Source: Lama guanicoe (taxonomy: Eukaryota). Taken from it: DNA of 64,000 nt. The notes under the pieces are model-generated. The model made no database searches, had not been told where the DNA came from, and saw nothing but the letters and a program-made list of their open reading frames with translations. The stretch spans positions 3,383,822-3,447,821 of the forward strand of contig MU053472.1 in assembly GCA_013239625.1 (NCBI GenBank). The letters run 5' to 3'. This document shows positions 1 to 13,000 of the stretch, piece after piece (within the stretch, counting starts at the first letter, position 1; the number at the start of each line of letters is the position of its first letter). The translations under genes were made by a program, and so were the position numbers.

Positions 1-865
1 CCTTCTTACATCCGCTTTAATCCGTGTTAGATAATTCCAACATCTCTGTCATCTCAGCATTGTTGTTTGCTGCTTGTCTTTACCTGGTTTTCCATATGCC
101 GAAGCAATTTTAAATTGCATTCTGGACATTTTTAATATGATGTCATGAGACTCTGGGTGTTGTTTAAATTTGCCCATTTATTGGTATTTCAAATTCTGGT
201 CCACACCAGTCTGCCGGTTCCTGTTTACTTTTCGGAGTCCTTAAGTAGCCACTTCATGCATGCTGTCCAGGTTTTTTTAACTGCACTTAGTGGGAAAGAC
301 GGAGTGGAATGGGCTTATTCCATGTTACCTGGAACCTTCCCTCCAGAGGATTTTACATTTGCTTTATTCAGATAACACTAGCTCCTGACCAATTTTTATG
401 TTAATTTCTTAAGATTTGAACCTCAGCTTTCAATCTCAAACTTAAATTAAGCACACAGGCCTTACTTTGAATTTTGAGGTGAGCTGAGCCTAGAAACAAG
501 ACAAAATTCCTTGCCATCTTCCTGTGCCAGTAGGCAGAATTTTTTAGTTTATTCTTTTAATAAGAATTTTAGCTATGTGCAGAGACTGGAGTTTTAGTCT
601 CAGTTTCAACCCTATGTCTGTGGTGGATCCAAAGTTTTTTTTTCCCTATCCCCAAAGGAGTGTTAAAGGCCTTCACATCAAGCTCTCGGGCAACTGCATC
701 TACCCCAGTAGTTTTCTTTTTGTTTCTATACCTTTGGGTTTCCCTTCTTTCTTTTAAATGTGGCTGTTCATTAAAGTAATTTTTAAGTTTATATTTTATC
801 TAGTATTTATAAAGGTTTGCAGCAGAAGGATTTTCAGATTTTCTTGATCACTCTCACTGAAATAG
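1..865 (-). mobile_element. Degenerate old L1M ORF1/5' fragment in a TRIM37 intron
   Basis: gataattccaacatctctgtcatct...attgcattctggacattt...tgagactctggg resembles old L1 ORF1-proximal sequence. Confidence 0.45.
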
Positions 866-1417
866 AAGTACTTTCTGTACTATAAGCATTCTATAGAACT
901 TTTCTTTTAAAAATCAACTTATATGCAAAAAAACAAAATTGGAGGTCCAAATGTGATAGTAACTCATTTATTGCTAGAATTACTGGAATTTTTTATACAC
1001 ACACATAGATAAAAGTGTAAATCTGTGCCTGTGTTTATGTATGTTTATATATGTTTTAGGTTAGAAACTACGTTGAATCAGGATTAAAAGTTCCTCTTAT
1101 CTCTTATGACTAGAAGAAAACTGTTTGCTTTGGAAAAATATTCTCAGTATAATGAAATTAATACTGTTTTCAAATTATAAATTTTCAGGTACTGTGAAAA
1201 GGGCATTTTTAATCTTTGAGAACAAAAATAAACACTGCTCTAAATAACTAAAGAGAGCTGAAGTTTATGTGGTTACTTTTTTCCTTGTTTTGTTTGCTTG
1301 GTGTGTTGGCATTCAGTGTAACATTCAGGAGGAATCTCAGTTTAGTAGATAGGGAGATTGCCTTTTCCTTGCAGTGGTTTCTTACCCGAAACATGTTCTC
1401 CCTTTCTTTCCTGCCAG

Positions 1418-1528
1418 GAATGAGTAGCGACAGTGATATTGAGTGTGACACTGAGAATGAGGAGCAGGAAGAGCACACCGGCATGGGCGGATTTAGCGAC
1501 TCTTTCATGGCGCAGCCCCCAGATGAAG
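1418..1528 (+). CDS. TRIM37: TRIM37 penultimate coding exon (111 nt; human exon 23 equivalent)
   Basis: Acceptor tttctttcctgccag| and donor GAAG|gtgcag. Encodes (G)[36 protein letters not shown], matching the recalled acidic C-terminus of TRIM37. Phase 1 joins the next exon as G|AT = Asp. Confidence 0.95.
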
Positions 1529-1574
1529 GTGCAGCACATGATGTCATTTCACAGGGATTAATAAAACCATCTCT

Positions 1575-1648
1575 CCTGTTGCTGCTGCTGCTGCTTCTTC
1601 CTTTGCTTCTGTTTCTTCTTCTGCTTTGCTGCTTCTGCTTCTTTTCCT
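1575..1648. repeat. CTG/CTT low-complexity trinucleotide tract at the 5' end of the TRIM37 intron 1529-2858
   Basis: ctcctgttgctgctgctgctgcttcttcctttgcttctgtttcttcttctgctttgctgcttctgcttc. Confidence 0.85.
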
Positions 1649-1824
1649 ATTTAAAATTACTGTCATTTGTGAGACAGCATTCTGTGGGGTAAACTAAATG
1701 GTGAGTACTGAAAATATTTGGTAGGTAAACTTGGTAGTTGCCTGGTCAGACATCTGTTAGGTGGAGCAGGTGTTGGCATCTGTCTCTGGTACAGACTGTG
1801 ACCTAAGAATGTCTTTCACGTTGT

Positions 1825-1942
1825 AAAGAGTTGTAAAACCAAGCAAAACAAAGAAGACTCTTCAGTAGAGACCATTTGTGTCCTGCAAGTACCTGAATGT
1901 TTACTGTCTGCCATTTTATAGAAAATGTTTGCCAGCCCCTGA
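1825..1942 (+). mobile_element. MER58-like fragment
   Basis: gagacc...cctgcaagtacctgaatgtttactgtctgccattttatagaaaatgtttgccagcccctg. Confidence 0.55.
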
Positions 1943-2842
1943 GGAGGTTTCAGATGTTTGTTTGTTCTTTTCAGAGATATATGTAGCCTACCTCGTAAGA
2001 TAACTTTTTTAAAGGTAACTTTTTCTGACCTTTTAGGAATGCATGCAGAAAATGGAGTCACCGATTTTATTCCTTCTTCCTCCCAAAAAAGTCTTAGGGG
2101 AAAAACTCATGGAGAGAACCCATTGTTAGTAGTTTTGGTTTATTTTATTTTAAATGTACAACATAATGATTTGATATAGTGTACATTACAAAAGGATCAC
2201 CACAGTAAGTTTAGTTAACATCCATCACCTGTTTTAAATATGTTACCCAGGATTACTCAGGTGTTCCTTTGTGAGAGTTCCTGGAATGACGACATTGTCA
2301 GGCTTCTGCTGATTGTCAGTTTCATAGTTTACATATTTCCCTGATATCCTAGTGTCTTTTTCAATAAAGAGCCAAGTGTTTGTTGATACTTAGGTATTAA
2401 GATACTCTTAGTAATTTTCTCTGCTTCTAAAAGAAGCAGCCAAATTTGGGGTAAGTTATTTTGAGTACTGATGGGTTTTTATAGTGATATTTCCATGTGC
2501 AGTTTAATTGGCTCTGAAATACATTTGTTTACAAAATCAGTCTTCAGAGTGTACATTATCATTGTTTCCTGTTCCCGTCTTCAGCTGTTCCCACATTGTC
2601 CCCAGGAGGACAAGGGGAGGCAATGCCTTTCATGTTCTAATTATGGGTGTCTATTACACATTTTGTTTTCTCTTTATTTTTACTTTCATGTTTGCTTATA
2701 CTTGACTCAGGTCAAAAATTCTCTGAAAACAGATTTGTTCACAACCTAGCACATCTTTATCACTTAAATAACATACTTGATAAGATCATTTAGAGATATG
2801 GAAAAGAATATACTGGTCTTTAAAAACTGTTACCTGCTTTAA

Positions 2843-2941
<99 letters not shown>

Positions 2942-4170
2942 TTTTCAAATCAAGAGAACTGACTTGCAAGCTACCTTGACACTGAAATTGGCAGTGGTTG
3001 GTGCTTAAACTTGTCATCAGTCAGATAATCAGATTTGGTCTTATTTTTTTCATTGTCTCTACGTGAAATAGTAATTCTGAAACTTTAGAAAGTAGCACAA
3101 TTCTAGTGATAAGACATTAGTATATAAGGAAAAATTAACAGTGTGGGAGGAATTTTGTGTATTGTAATGAAATAGCAGTGTAGTCCTCAATTAATTTAGT
3201 CAATTAGTATATTCATAAAAGGCAGTCTGTCTGCAACAACAGACGAGCAATTAACTGCCAGAAAATGTACCTAGAGACAGTGCACGCGCTCAGTTACCCG
3301 CTCAGCATCGGTGCTCTTCTGCCCTTGGCTAGATACTCAGTTGTGTTTAAACGACCACCCTCATGTCTTGGGTTTTAATCACAGTTTATAGTTTCTTTAG
3401 CGCCTGTAGATTAGTGAACAGAAAATTTACTTATGTGTAGATTATGCCCTGTAGACACTTCATGTGAATTTATTATGTTATTATTAGTAACGCTAGACTG
3501 AATCTCCTCTTTGGAATATGTTGACTGACTAGGGTGAATTTATTTATCTTTCCTGGTTTGTGCAAGTGCAGGCACACTGAGTAATGGCACACAATCTTTC
3601 TTTTGTGGCTTTTGCAAATTTTAAATGAATTAAGTTAATGTGGATTGGTTATGTTCCTGGTCATATGAACACATACACGTGAGATCATTCAAAATTATTT
3701 CATTTTTCTCCCTGTTTCTTCCTAAGCAACTATAGTGCAACAAGTATTTTAAAGCCCTCTCTTCTCCTTTATTTTCATTAGTTGAACATTGATGTCAGTG
3801 TCAGTACATTAAAGATCGTACATACTACACAGTATCTTACGTGAGACTGTGGTATAAAGTTTACTTTCATACTCAGAATTAGTCCAAAATAATTGCCAAA
3901 CTTTGCCATTGTGTTCCTGCATTTGTGTTTGAGCTGCTGTACTGTTTGTGAAAATTACACTGAAAGTTGACTAAGAGACTATAGAAAAGCATGAATATAT
4001 ATATATAATAATATATATATATGTATGAGGCATCTCATCTGCTTATTTTTTACTTAATGAATAATGTTCCCTTTTCCACATCTAATGTTTTGCTGAATGC
4101 TGTGATTCATGGTTTGCTTTTGTTCAAAACAGTTTGCACTTTTTGTTAATAAAATGAACTTGAGAAAATG
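2942..4170 (+). other. TRIM37: TRIM37 proximal 3'UTR (isoform a type)
   Basis: AT-rich sequence with no recognisable interspersed repeat, running from the stop to AATAAA at 4148-4153. The end position is inferred. Confidence 0.75.
4148..4153 (+). terminator. Proximal polyadenylation signal AATAAA of TRIM37
   Basis: Canonical hexamer with a U-rich upstream context, ~1.2 kb after the stop. Confidence 0.7.
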
Positions 4171-4663
4171 TTATGCCTCTGCAATTTATTAAAAGTGGGA
4201 CAGGAGCCCCCCCCCCACTTTTTTCTATTCATGTTTCCTGTGTGTAGTAGAGGCTTTTGAGCTGTTAGTAAATGCACAGGGAAGTTAGAAGACTTACTTG
4301 TAGTCTCCATGATGTATATGGTTACTTTTTCTCCTTAAATTAGTTGGAAATATTTAAGTACTATAGCCATATGAAAAGTAAAAATCTAGCATTTGCTTAC
4401 TGCGATAGTGCTGGTGTGCTGTTGTATTGTTATTAGGTAGTTTATCATGCAGATGTGGTGTTCTAAAAAATTACCGGTAAGTTCTTTAAAACATTCCATT
4501 TTGTGTTAAATGGAAATGTATTCATGTTCATTTCATTTTGATGAGACCATACTTTAAATCCAACTTTCTCTTATTTCTATACTATGTTGTAATGGCTGAA
4601 ACTAAAAGAATTTTGCAGCTTTAGTGTTGAGAGCAAGCCATAGTAAGAATTGATTTTGTAGGA

Positions 4664-4664
<1 letters not shown>

Positions 4665-4708
<44 letters not shown>
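4665..4708. repeat. (TG)22 microsatellite
   Basis: Perfect dinucleotide run. Confidence 0.97.
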
Positions 4709-4711
<3 letters not shown>

Positions 4712-5799
4712 CTTCTCAGAATCCATAAATGCAAATGTGATTGACTCCACTTTGAATCTCTCGCTATTGCCTGGTCATTTCTTGACCTGTATTTGGTATA
4801 GAACTGAGTGCTTTTCCATATACCTTTATAATTCTTATTTTCAAAATATGGAAAACCACATGTGGTTAAGAAGTAAGAGAAACCTGAGAACAGACTATTC
4901 ATTTAGGGAAATTCACTTGTAAGAGCTTTTACTAGCTTTTGGTGCTAGTGATTTAATCATGAGATTCTCATGGGTCATTAATCCATAATAATGGCATTCT
5001 GAGGTGTCTTTCTGTCCTTTATTGGGGGCAAGTATTTGTTTCTCTTTTTAAGCATAAATGTTCTTAATCTTTACTCTTATTTTTCATGACCTTGAGGGTT
5101 TTTTAGTCAGTGGATTCCCCAGAATGGCACAGTGATATTTGAATGACAGGACATTTTGGATTGCAAGTATTTTTCTGGCTTTTGCTCTCAGGTTATGTAT
5201 AAAAACAATTAGGAGTGCTGCCCTTATTTTAGATAAATTGAGATTTGATTGAGACCCTTTTACACTGGTGGAGTTTGAGTTCACTATGTCAACAAGACAT
5301 TTATAGCTGTAGGAAAATTTGAAGATATTTATTTCTTTATGCTTGCACAAAACCTGTATAGGGAAAACTGTTTGAACTTAACTGGTATATTATCGTCTCA
5401 TGTATTTTAGGAACCCAAGCCATTTGTACCATATTCTGATTCCATATTTAAGAGCAGTCTTACCTTTTGAAAAGCAAAAAAAGTAAGCTTCTAAAGAAAT
5501 TATTTGTAACTGCCCTCCTGGCATAAAATTCTCTTTTTTTGTAATTAAAGTCAACAACAGTTTTCATACACATACACCAAAAAAACCCCCAAAAACTTGT
5601 AGGTAGCTAAATGATGTGCTCAAGCAGTTCTCCTGTGATGATGAAAATCATGTCTGTCTTGTTGGGCTCCAGCTCACCTCAAGTACTGTGTTATTTGTGC
5701 ATTACGAAACAGCAGGAAATACGCAGCGTATACAAATTCACAGTCCACTGAGGAAAACCTCTAGAATTCAGTTAACAAGTATCTATCTGGCATTCTCTG

Positions 5800-6000
5800 T
5801 AGGTGTAGACAGACTTCTGTCCTTGGCCCAAATTGGCTGTTTTTGTAAATAAAGTTTTATTGGCACATAGCAACATCCATTTATTTACCGATTGTCCATA
5901 GCTGCTTTTGTCCTACAAGGCAGAGTTGAGAAACAAATGGCCCCAGCGCCTAAAATATTTACTCTCACACCCTTTTCTGATAAAGTTTGCTGACTTCTGC
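5800..6000 (+). mobile_element. MER58A-like hAT MITE
   Basis: gtttttgtaaataaagttttattggcacatagc...aaggcagagttgag...cctaaaatatttact...aaagtttgctgacttctg. Confidence 0.8.
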
Positions 6001-6994
6001 TCTGTCATTTATATTAATGGGAATTTCACGGGGTTTTTTGGTTTGGATTTGAGAAAACATGATTTTTAAGTCAAAGAAATCACATGTACTTAGTTTTGTG
6101 ATATGGGGTGTTGGGCAGCTTCTATTTTATTCATTCTAGAATCATAATAAGACTGAAAGAGCAAAAAACTTCTTCAAAGATGAAGGACCTGTTTGCTTTT
6201 ACTAGTGGAATCGCTGAAAAGTAAGACACCCCCCCCACACCGTGTGCTACATACTAAGCCTGCACCCAGCTCCTCAGTGTTAGCAGGAACCTTCATGGTT
6301 CCCTTTTCCCTAATGCAGTATACCTGCTAGATTTTAGGTGGCAGTGAGGAAGGAAGAGGCATAGGAGAAGACACATTGATTGTTCCTGATCTGATCTGCA
6401 GGAGATCTGGTGCAAAAGAGATCTCTTCCCCAGCCTCTCACTTTTGTGACTGCCATCACCCACAGTGTAAATATGTTATGAGCAGTAGGCCCAGATTTCC
6501 AATCAGTTGCTCTACTGTACTTGGTCCATTTTCTGGTCCTTTCTAGAACACCCTAACAGAGTCCCAACCTTTTTTTATTTGTTTGTTTCCCTTTTAATTT
6601 TTTCTCCTTTTACTGAAGGGCATATTTTCTCTTAGCTTCATTATTTAGTCTTTTAGTATTTAGATGATCTCATTTGGTCCTAGAAAATTTCTCCGTCACA
6701 GTGTTTTCTCCTGGGCCTAAAGATGAAGCAGCAAGGCCTGCATTGTACACGGGCGTATCATTTCTGGACAACTTAGACCCACTGTGTCATTGAATCCTTA
6801 AGTGACCTTTGAGGGAGATGAACTGTGTGTCATGCCCATTTGGCAGAGAAACATGAGGTTCAGGGAGGTTGTTCAACAGCACTGGCAAGGACGGAGTGAA
6901 TTCCTATCCTAGTACTTTTTCCAATTCATCATACTTCAGCCAAACCTAGCATTTTGATACTTAATAATTAAAAACTAATTATTGTCCCATTTAA

Positions 6995-7460
6995 AATTTT
7001 TTAATTTTGAGATAATTTTAGATTTACAAAAGAGATGCAAAAATCTTGAGAGTGTTCACATATACCCTTTACCCAGCTTCTCCTTTTCTTAACATCTTAC
7101 ATAACCCTAGGCCAGTGATCAAAAACAAGAACTTTGCCTTGTTTACAAACTGTTAACTCAACTACAGAGTTTGTGCAGATTTTACCACTTATCTCACTTA
7201 TGTCCTTTTTCTGTTCCAGGATCCCACACTGCATTTAGTTGTCCCATTTCCTTAGTGTCCCTCAGTCTGTGACGGTTCCTCAGTCTTTCCTTGTCTTTTA
7301 CCACCTTGACGTTTTTGAAGAGGACCAATTACTTTTTTGAATTTTCTTCTGTTTGGGTTGATCTGAAGTTTTCTCCTACTCGGTTGAAGTGGTGCGTTGT
7401 TGGGAAGGCTTCCACAAGAGGTGGTGTGCCCTTCTTAGCGCCTCCTATCAGGGCTGCGTG
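6995..7460 (-). mobile_element. Old L1 (L1MC/ME-type) 3' end, left part
   Basis: Typical ttttgagataattttagatttaca...ttttctgttccaggatccca...gtgacggttcctcagtctttccttgtcttt. Confidence 0.75.
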
Positions 7461-7469
7461 ATGCAGATA

Positions 7470-8970
7470 CGGATGTGTGAGTTCATGCATTTACTTATAC
7501 TGACATACAGTTAATTTACAATGTCATGTTAGTTTCTGGTGTACAGAAAAGTGATTCCCATATATAAGTATGTTCTTTTTTAGATTCTTTTCCATTATAG
7601 GCTATTATTACAAGATATTGAATATAGTTCCCTGTGCAATTCAGTAGGTCCTTGTTACCTGTTTTATGTAGTAGTTTGTGTCTGTTAATTCCAAACTTCT
7701 AATTTATTCTTCCCCTGCCCTCTTTCCCTTTTTGTTTTCTAAGTCAGTGAGTGTTCCTGTTTCATAAATTAGTTCATTTGTGTCATATTTTAGATTCCAC
7801 ATATAAGTGATGATTTGTCTTTCTCTTTCTGACTTACTTCACTTAGTATGTTAATTTCTAGGTCATCCATGTTGCTGCAAATGGCATTATTTTATTCTTT
7901 CTTACAGCTGAGTAGTATTCCATTGTATAAATATACCACATCTTCTTTATCCGGTCATCTGTTGATGGATATTTGGGTTGTTTCCATGTCTTGGCTATTG
8001 TAAATAGTGCTGCTGTCAACATGGTGTGCATATATCTTTTTGAATTAGAATTCCCTCCAGATAAATGCCCAGTAGTGGGATTGCTGGATCATACGGTAAG
8101 TCTATTTTCAGTTTTTGAAGGAATCTCCATACTGTTTTTCTTGATGGCTACACCAAACTGCATTCCCATCAACAGTGTAGGAGGCTTCCCTTTTCTCCAC
8201 ACCCTCTCCAGCTTTTATCATTCATGGACTTTTGAATGATGGCCATTCAGACTAGTGTGAAGTGATACCTCATTGTAGTTTTGATTTGCTTGTCTCTGAT
8301 AATTAGCGATATTGAGCATTTTGTCATGTACCTATTGGCCATTTGTATGTCTTTATGGAGAATTGCTTGTTTAGGTCTTCTGCCCATTTTTTGATTGAGT
8401 TTTTTGTTTTTTTGTTACTGAGTTGTATGAGCTGTTTGTATATTTTGGAATAAGCCCTTGTTGTCACATCTTTTGCCAGTATTTTCTCCCAGTCCATAAT
8501 TTGTCTTTCAGTTTTATTTATGGTTTCCTTTGCTGTGCAAAAGCTTATAAGTTTGGTTAGATATCATTTGTTTATTTTTGCTTTTATTTCCATTGCCTTG
8601 GGAGACTGACATAAGAAAACACTGGTACAGTTTCTGTCCGAGAATGTTTTGCCTTTGTTCTCTTCTAGGAGTTTAATGGTGTCATGTCTTATATTGAAGT
8701 CTTTAAGCCATTTTGAGTTTATTTTTGTGTATGGTGTGAGTGTCACAATTTCATTGATTTTCTTGCAGCTATCCAGCTTTCCCAACACCATTTGCTGAAA
8801 AGACTGCCTTTTCTCCATTGTATATTCTTGCCTCCTTTATTGAAGATTAATTGACCATAAGTGTGTGGGCTTATTTTCAGACTCTCTGTTCTGTTTCATT
8901 GGTCCATATATCTGTTTTTGTGCCAATACCACGCTGTTTTGATTACTGTAGCCTTGTAGTTTTGTTTTTT

Positions 8971-9003
<33 letters not shown>

Positions 9004-9446
9004 GTTTTTTGATTGCCTGAAGTCTGGGAGGGTTATTCCTCCAGCTTCATTTCCTTCAGTATTGCTTTGGCAATTCTGGGTCTTTTGTGATTCCATATAA
9101 ATTTTAGGATGATTTGTTCTGGTTCTGTGAAAAATGTTATGAATAATTTGATAGGGATCACATTAAATTTGTAGATTGCTTTGGGCAGTATGGGCATTTT
9201 AACAATATTAATTCTTCCAATCCAAGAGCATGGACTATCTTTCCATTTCTTTGAACCATCTTCAGTTTCCTTTATCAGTGTTTTATAGTTCTCAGCATGT
9301 AAGTCCTTGGTCAGGTTTATTCCTGAGTACTGTTTTTGGGTTTTTTTGATGCAATTTTAAAAGTAAACTTTTTTCCTATCCCTTTCTGATATCTCACTGT
9401 TAGTGTGAAGAAGTGCAGCAGATTTCTCTGTGTTAATTTTGTTTCC
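7470..9446 (-). mobile_element. 5'-truncated L1 (3' ORF2 + 3'UTR) nested in an older L1
   Basis: ORF2 remnants TPYTKINSKWLKDFNIRHDTIKLLEEN and [20 protein letters not shown]. Degraded TSD TGATGCAG(A/G)TA at 7459-7469 and 9447-9457. Confidence 0.9.
8970..9002. repeat. (TTG)n microsatellite inside L1
   Basis: About 10 perfect TTG units; source of the spurious polyQ ORF 8896-9096. Confidence 0.92.
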
Positions 9447-9449
9447 TGA

Positions 9450-10090
9450 TGCAGGTATTTATTATTGATGTTGTTAATCTTGATTACTTGGTTAAGGTGG
9501 TATCTGCCAGGATTCCCCACTATTTACTTTTTCCCCTTTGTAATTACTAAATAATTGAGGCAGATACTTTAAGACTATGCAAATATTCTGTTTCTGTTTA
9601 AGGTCTTTAGCCACTGATTTTAGATCTACCAGTGGATCTTGCCTACAACGATGATTACTGCAGTGTTTTCTTATGGTGGTTTTCTGTTTCCCTAATTTCT
9701 TCTACGTCTGTTATTAGAATTCTGTAAAGAAAAGTTGTCCGTTCTTCCCCACTTAGTTTTTTATTCAGCTGCCTATTTATGTCTGTGTGGACTCACAGGT
9801 ATTTATTTTATTCTTTGAGTTACCCAGCACTGTCATTGTTTTACAGTTCAGTTTGATCCAGTTTGGCCTGCTGGAAGCACTCAGTTTGGCATCGTGTATC
9901 CTTTGGATGTGTTCTGTCCTTCTCCTTCCTTCCTCCCCCTCTTCACTCCTGTCCTCCCTTCACAAAGGTCTTCAGGCTCACTTGTATTTTCTCTGCCTTT
10001 TGGGGGACAGTGGTATTTAGCAACAAAGATTTGGGTGCAAATTTGCTTACTGTTAACGAGAGTGTTGCTTTCCATGGGTATACAAACACA
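9450..10090 (-). mobile_element. Old L1 (L1MC/ME-type), right part, resuming after the nested L1
   Basis: gttaatcttgattacttggttaaggtggtatctgccagg...gatactttaagactatgcaaatattctgttt. Confidence 0.7.
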
Positions 10091-10299
10091 CACATTTAAA
10101 TGTACTTCCCTGTGCCTTTGCATGTGAATACATGTATTAAGAAGAAAAACCACCTGTCATGTCAGAACACTTTTCCAAAGTTACTTAGATCCTAGGATCC
10201 AGTTACATTAGTAACTTTCTCCCCTGTTCTCTCTTCAGTATGATTATGTGATTCATTTGTAATACAGTTAGATTCATCTGTTGTAGTCTTCATTTTGTC

Positions 10300-10847
10300 C
10301 TCCCACACACATCCTAGTTCATTTTTAAATTTGCATACATTAACATTCAGTCTTTATGGTATATACTGTTCTGTGGGTTCTGACAAATACAGAGGCATGT
10401 ATCCACCACCACAGTGCTACACAGAACAGTTCAGTCACCCCCCCAAATTCCCGTTTGCTGGCTCTTTATAGTTAAATCCCCTACTACCACCCGCCTACCC
10501 CTGGCAACCATGATGTGTTCTCTGTCCTTTTAGTTTATCCCTTTTCCAGAGTATCATATAAATAGAATCACACAATATGTAGCCTTTCACTTAGCAAAAC
10601 ACAGTTACGTCGTATCCACCTTGTGTGAACCAGAACTTTATTCCTTTTTACTGCTGTGTAGTATTTTACTGTGTGGGTGTTTACAGTTTGTTCATTTACC
10701 CATTGAAGGACATTTGGGTTATTGCCAGGTTAGGGTGATTATAATCCTTATAAACATTTGTATATGGATTTTTGTGTGACTGTAGGTTTTCATTTTCTAG
10801 GGCAGTATTTGCCGTAGAGTGGGGTTACTGGGTATATGATAAAGAAT
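10300..10847 (-). mobile_element. Old L1M 3' region; resumes briefly at ~11436-11530 after the LTR
   Basis: ccctggcaaccatgatgtgttctctgtc...catataaatagaatcacacaatatgtagcc...cattgaaggacatttgggtt. Confidence 0.75.
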
Positions 10848-11432
10848 GTGGCCGGCTTTTGTCCCTGGTTCCTAAGATGTAGTATCTTAAGTGCTTGGGA
10901 TTTTCTGAGTAATAGGAGTCTTTGCTCCGTATGGTGGATCCTGATAGCTTGTGTTAATGAGGTGACCTGGGATAGGGACTAACCACTCCACAAAACCAGC
11001 CGCGTGGTTACAGGATTGGGCCTCTGAGTCACGTGGCATCAGCCTCATTGCCAGTGAGTCCGTCATGCTTACGTGATGAAGCCCCAGTGAGAAACTCTGG
11101 ACACTGAAGCTCAAGTGAGCTTCCCTGGTTGGCAGTGTTCTGTGTTGTCACAGAGTGATGTTTCGGAGGGTAACACGCCCTGAGCACAAGGAAGCTTCAG
11201 GTTTGGACCCTCCTGCACCTCACCCTATGTGTCTCTCCCTTTTGCCTGGTTCTGATTTGTGTCCCTTAGCTATAATAAAACTGTCATTGTGAGTAAAGTG
11301 TTTCCTTGAGTTTTGTGAGTTGTTCTAGTGAATTGTCAACCCTGGAAGGGATACTGGGAGCCCCCAGATTCGTAGCCAACCGGTTGGAAATAAACTCCAG
11401 GTAGGTGGTGTCAGAATCGTTGCACTGAGTCA
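10848..11432 (+). mobile_element. Solo LTR, MER21-like
   Basis: Begins TGTGG. Contains tttgtccctggttcct...ctgagtaataggagtctttg and aaactctggacactgaagctcaagtgagcttccctggttggca, recalled as MER21-family motifs. AATAAA ~11275. Interrupts the L1M sequence. Confidence 0.7.
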
Positions 11433-11589
11433 TGTGCTAAGCATATGCTTAACTTTGTAAGAAACTTCCAAATTTCTAGCAGTGGCACTGCCATTGCATC
11501 CCCACCAGCCATGCACCAGTGTTTCCAGTTAAGCGTTTGTGAGACTGATACTGTCCCACGGCTCTTAGACGTGCTGTTCCGGACTTATT

Positions 11590-13000
11590 TTGCTTTTGTT
11601 TTTTCTTTGCTCTTCTTTTTTCTCTTATGTTTATTAGGGTAATTTTTATTGACTTATCTTTAAATTTACTAATTTTCTTCTCAGCAATGTAGAATCTATC
11701 AGCTAGACAATTGAAGGCATTCATCGTCTCTTACAGTATTTTTCACTTCTGGCATTTCTGTTTGTTCTAGTTTCCATCTGTTTGCTGAAATAACTCATGT
11801 GATCTTACGTGTTGTCCACCATTTCCATAACATAGTAACCATGGTTATTTTAAATTCTGTTGGCTCCAAAATCTTTATCATATCCGAGTCTGGTTCTCAT
11901 GATTCCTTTTAAGAGTACATTGTTTCTTATTTTGTTATGCCTCTGTATATTTTGTTAGGGACACATTTGGTGTGGATGGTAGATGGTTTGGTGAATAATT
12001 TTTACACCTGAAAGTGGGCAGGCCTTCACTGCACGGTTTGAATTCATCTAGTTAGGAGTTGTGTTCAGTTTGAGGTCTGTTGTTCCTGTGATTAACCCTA
12101 GTGGCTTCAGGTTCCCACAGCAACACATTGCATTGCTGATTGGGGTTGGATTACCGGAACAGTGTCTCTTCTGCCCCTGAGTGCAGGGCTTCCCTTTGTA
12201 CTGTGCCTCAGAGAGTCGTTACACCTCTGCATGCTTCTGTTGCTCTCCTGTCCTGCCAGATGTGGTCTTTTATTTGAAGCTCAACCGGAGGCAGAAAGGG
12301 ACTGACATTCTTGGGTTAAGCTGCAGCGTTGGGCGCTGTGTGTTCCAGTTTACCGTCTGTCCACTTGCCCCTCCACAGCTTGTGATCGGCCCAGCGATCC
12401 TCCTGCCTCCCCTGGAGGAGGAGTCGGCTTTTTCTTCTCTGCTCCCTTGGTCAGCTGCGGTGACTTTTCACCAGCGCCCTAAGGGTGGCAGTATTTGTGG
12501 CCCCTCGCCCCATAGAGTAACACTTCTGTCCTGTGGAAGAGATGGCAAAGGGATCTGATAGAGTTTCTTGACCCTCCCACACCCCACTGCTGCATCTACA
12601 CACCACTGACCCTTTTAGGGCTCTTTCCAATCTTTTCTATAAACACCTGGTAGAATTTGCAAGAGTGCTGACTCCACTAATTGCTGCGGCCCCCGGGACT
12701 TCACACTGTCCTGCCAGCCCTGTTCTGCCTGCTCCAGTTCACTGCGGAGCTGAACTGTTTTTCCAGTGTCCGCTTACAACTACCCTGTGAAAACTGGTAC
12801 TTCACCCTGTGTAAACCAGGCTCCTCTCCCAGCGGGCACATGCCCCTGTTTCGATTTGGGCCGTTTAACCTCATTTGTCTGATGGGTTTGAAAAAGTCCT
12901 AATTTGAAGTTAATCTGGCTTTTTCTTTTTGAGAAGAAGGGAAGCAATATTCCTTTAAGCTCTACATTTCAGTGTTGGAAGCTAGAAGTACTGGGTTTTT
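11590..13000 (-). mobile_element. Highly degenerate L1M ORF1/5' region
   Basis: Minus-strand peptide AFNCLADRFYIAEKKISKFKDKSIKI resembles the ORF1 coiled coil (RLDxAEERISELED). Boundaries approximate. Confidence 0.55.

Noticed and set aside
1267..1417. Signal-peptide-like N-terminus of the 141-aa ORF 1267-1692
   Set aside because: It starts in T-rich intron sequence upstream of a clear acceptor at 1417; only 1418-1528 matches TRIM37
8896..9096. PolyQ-containing ORF
   Set aside because: A (TTG)n microsatellite within degenerate L1 ORF2
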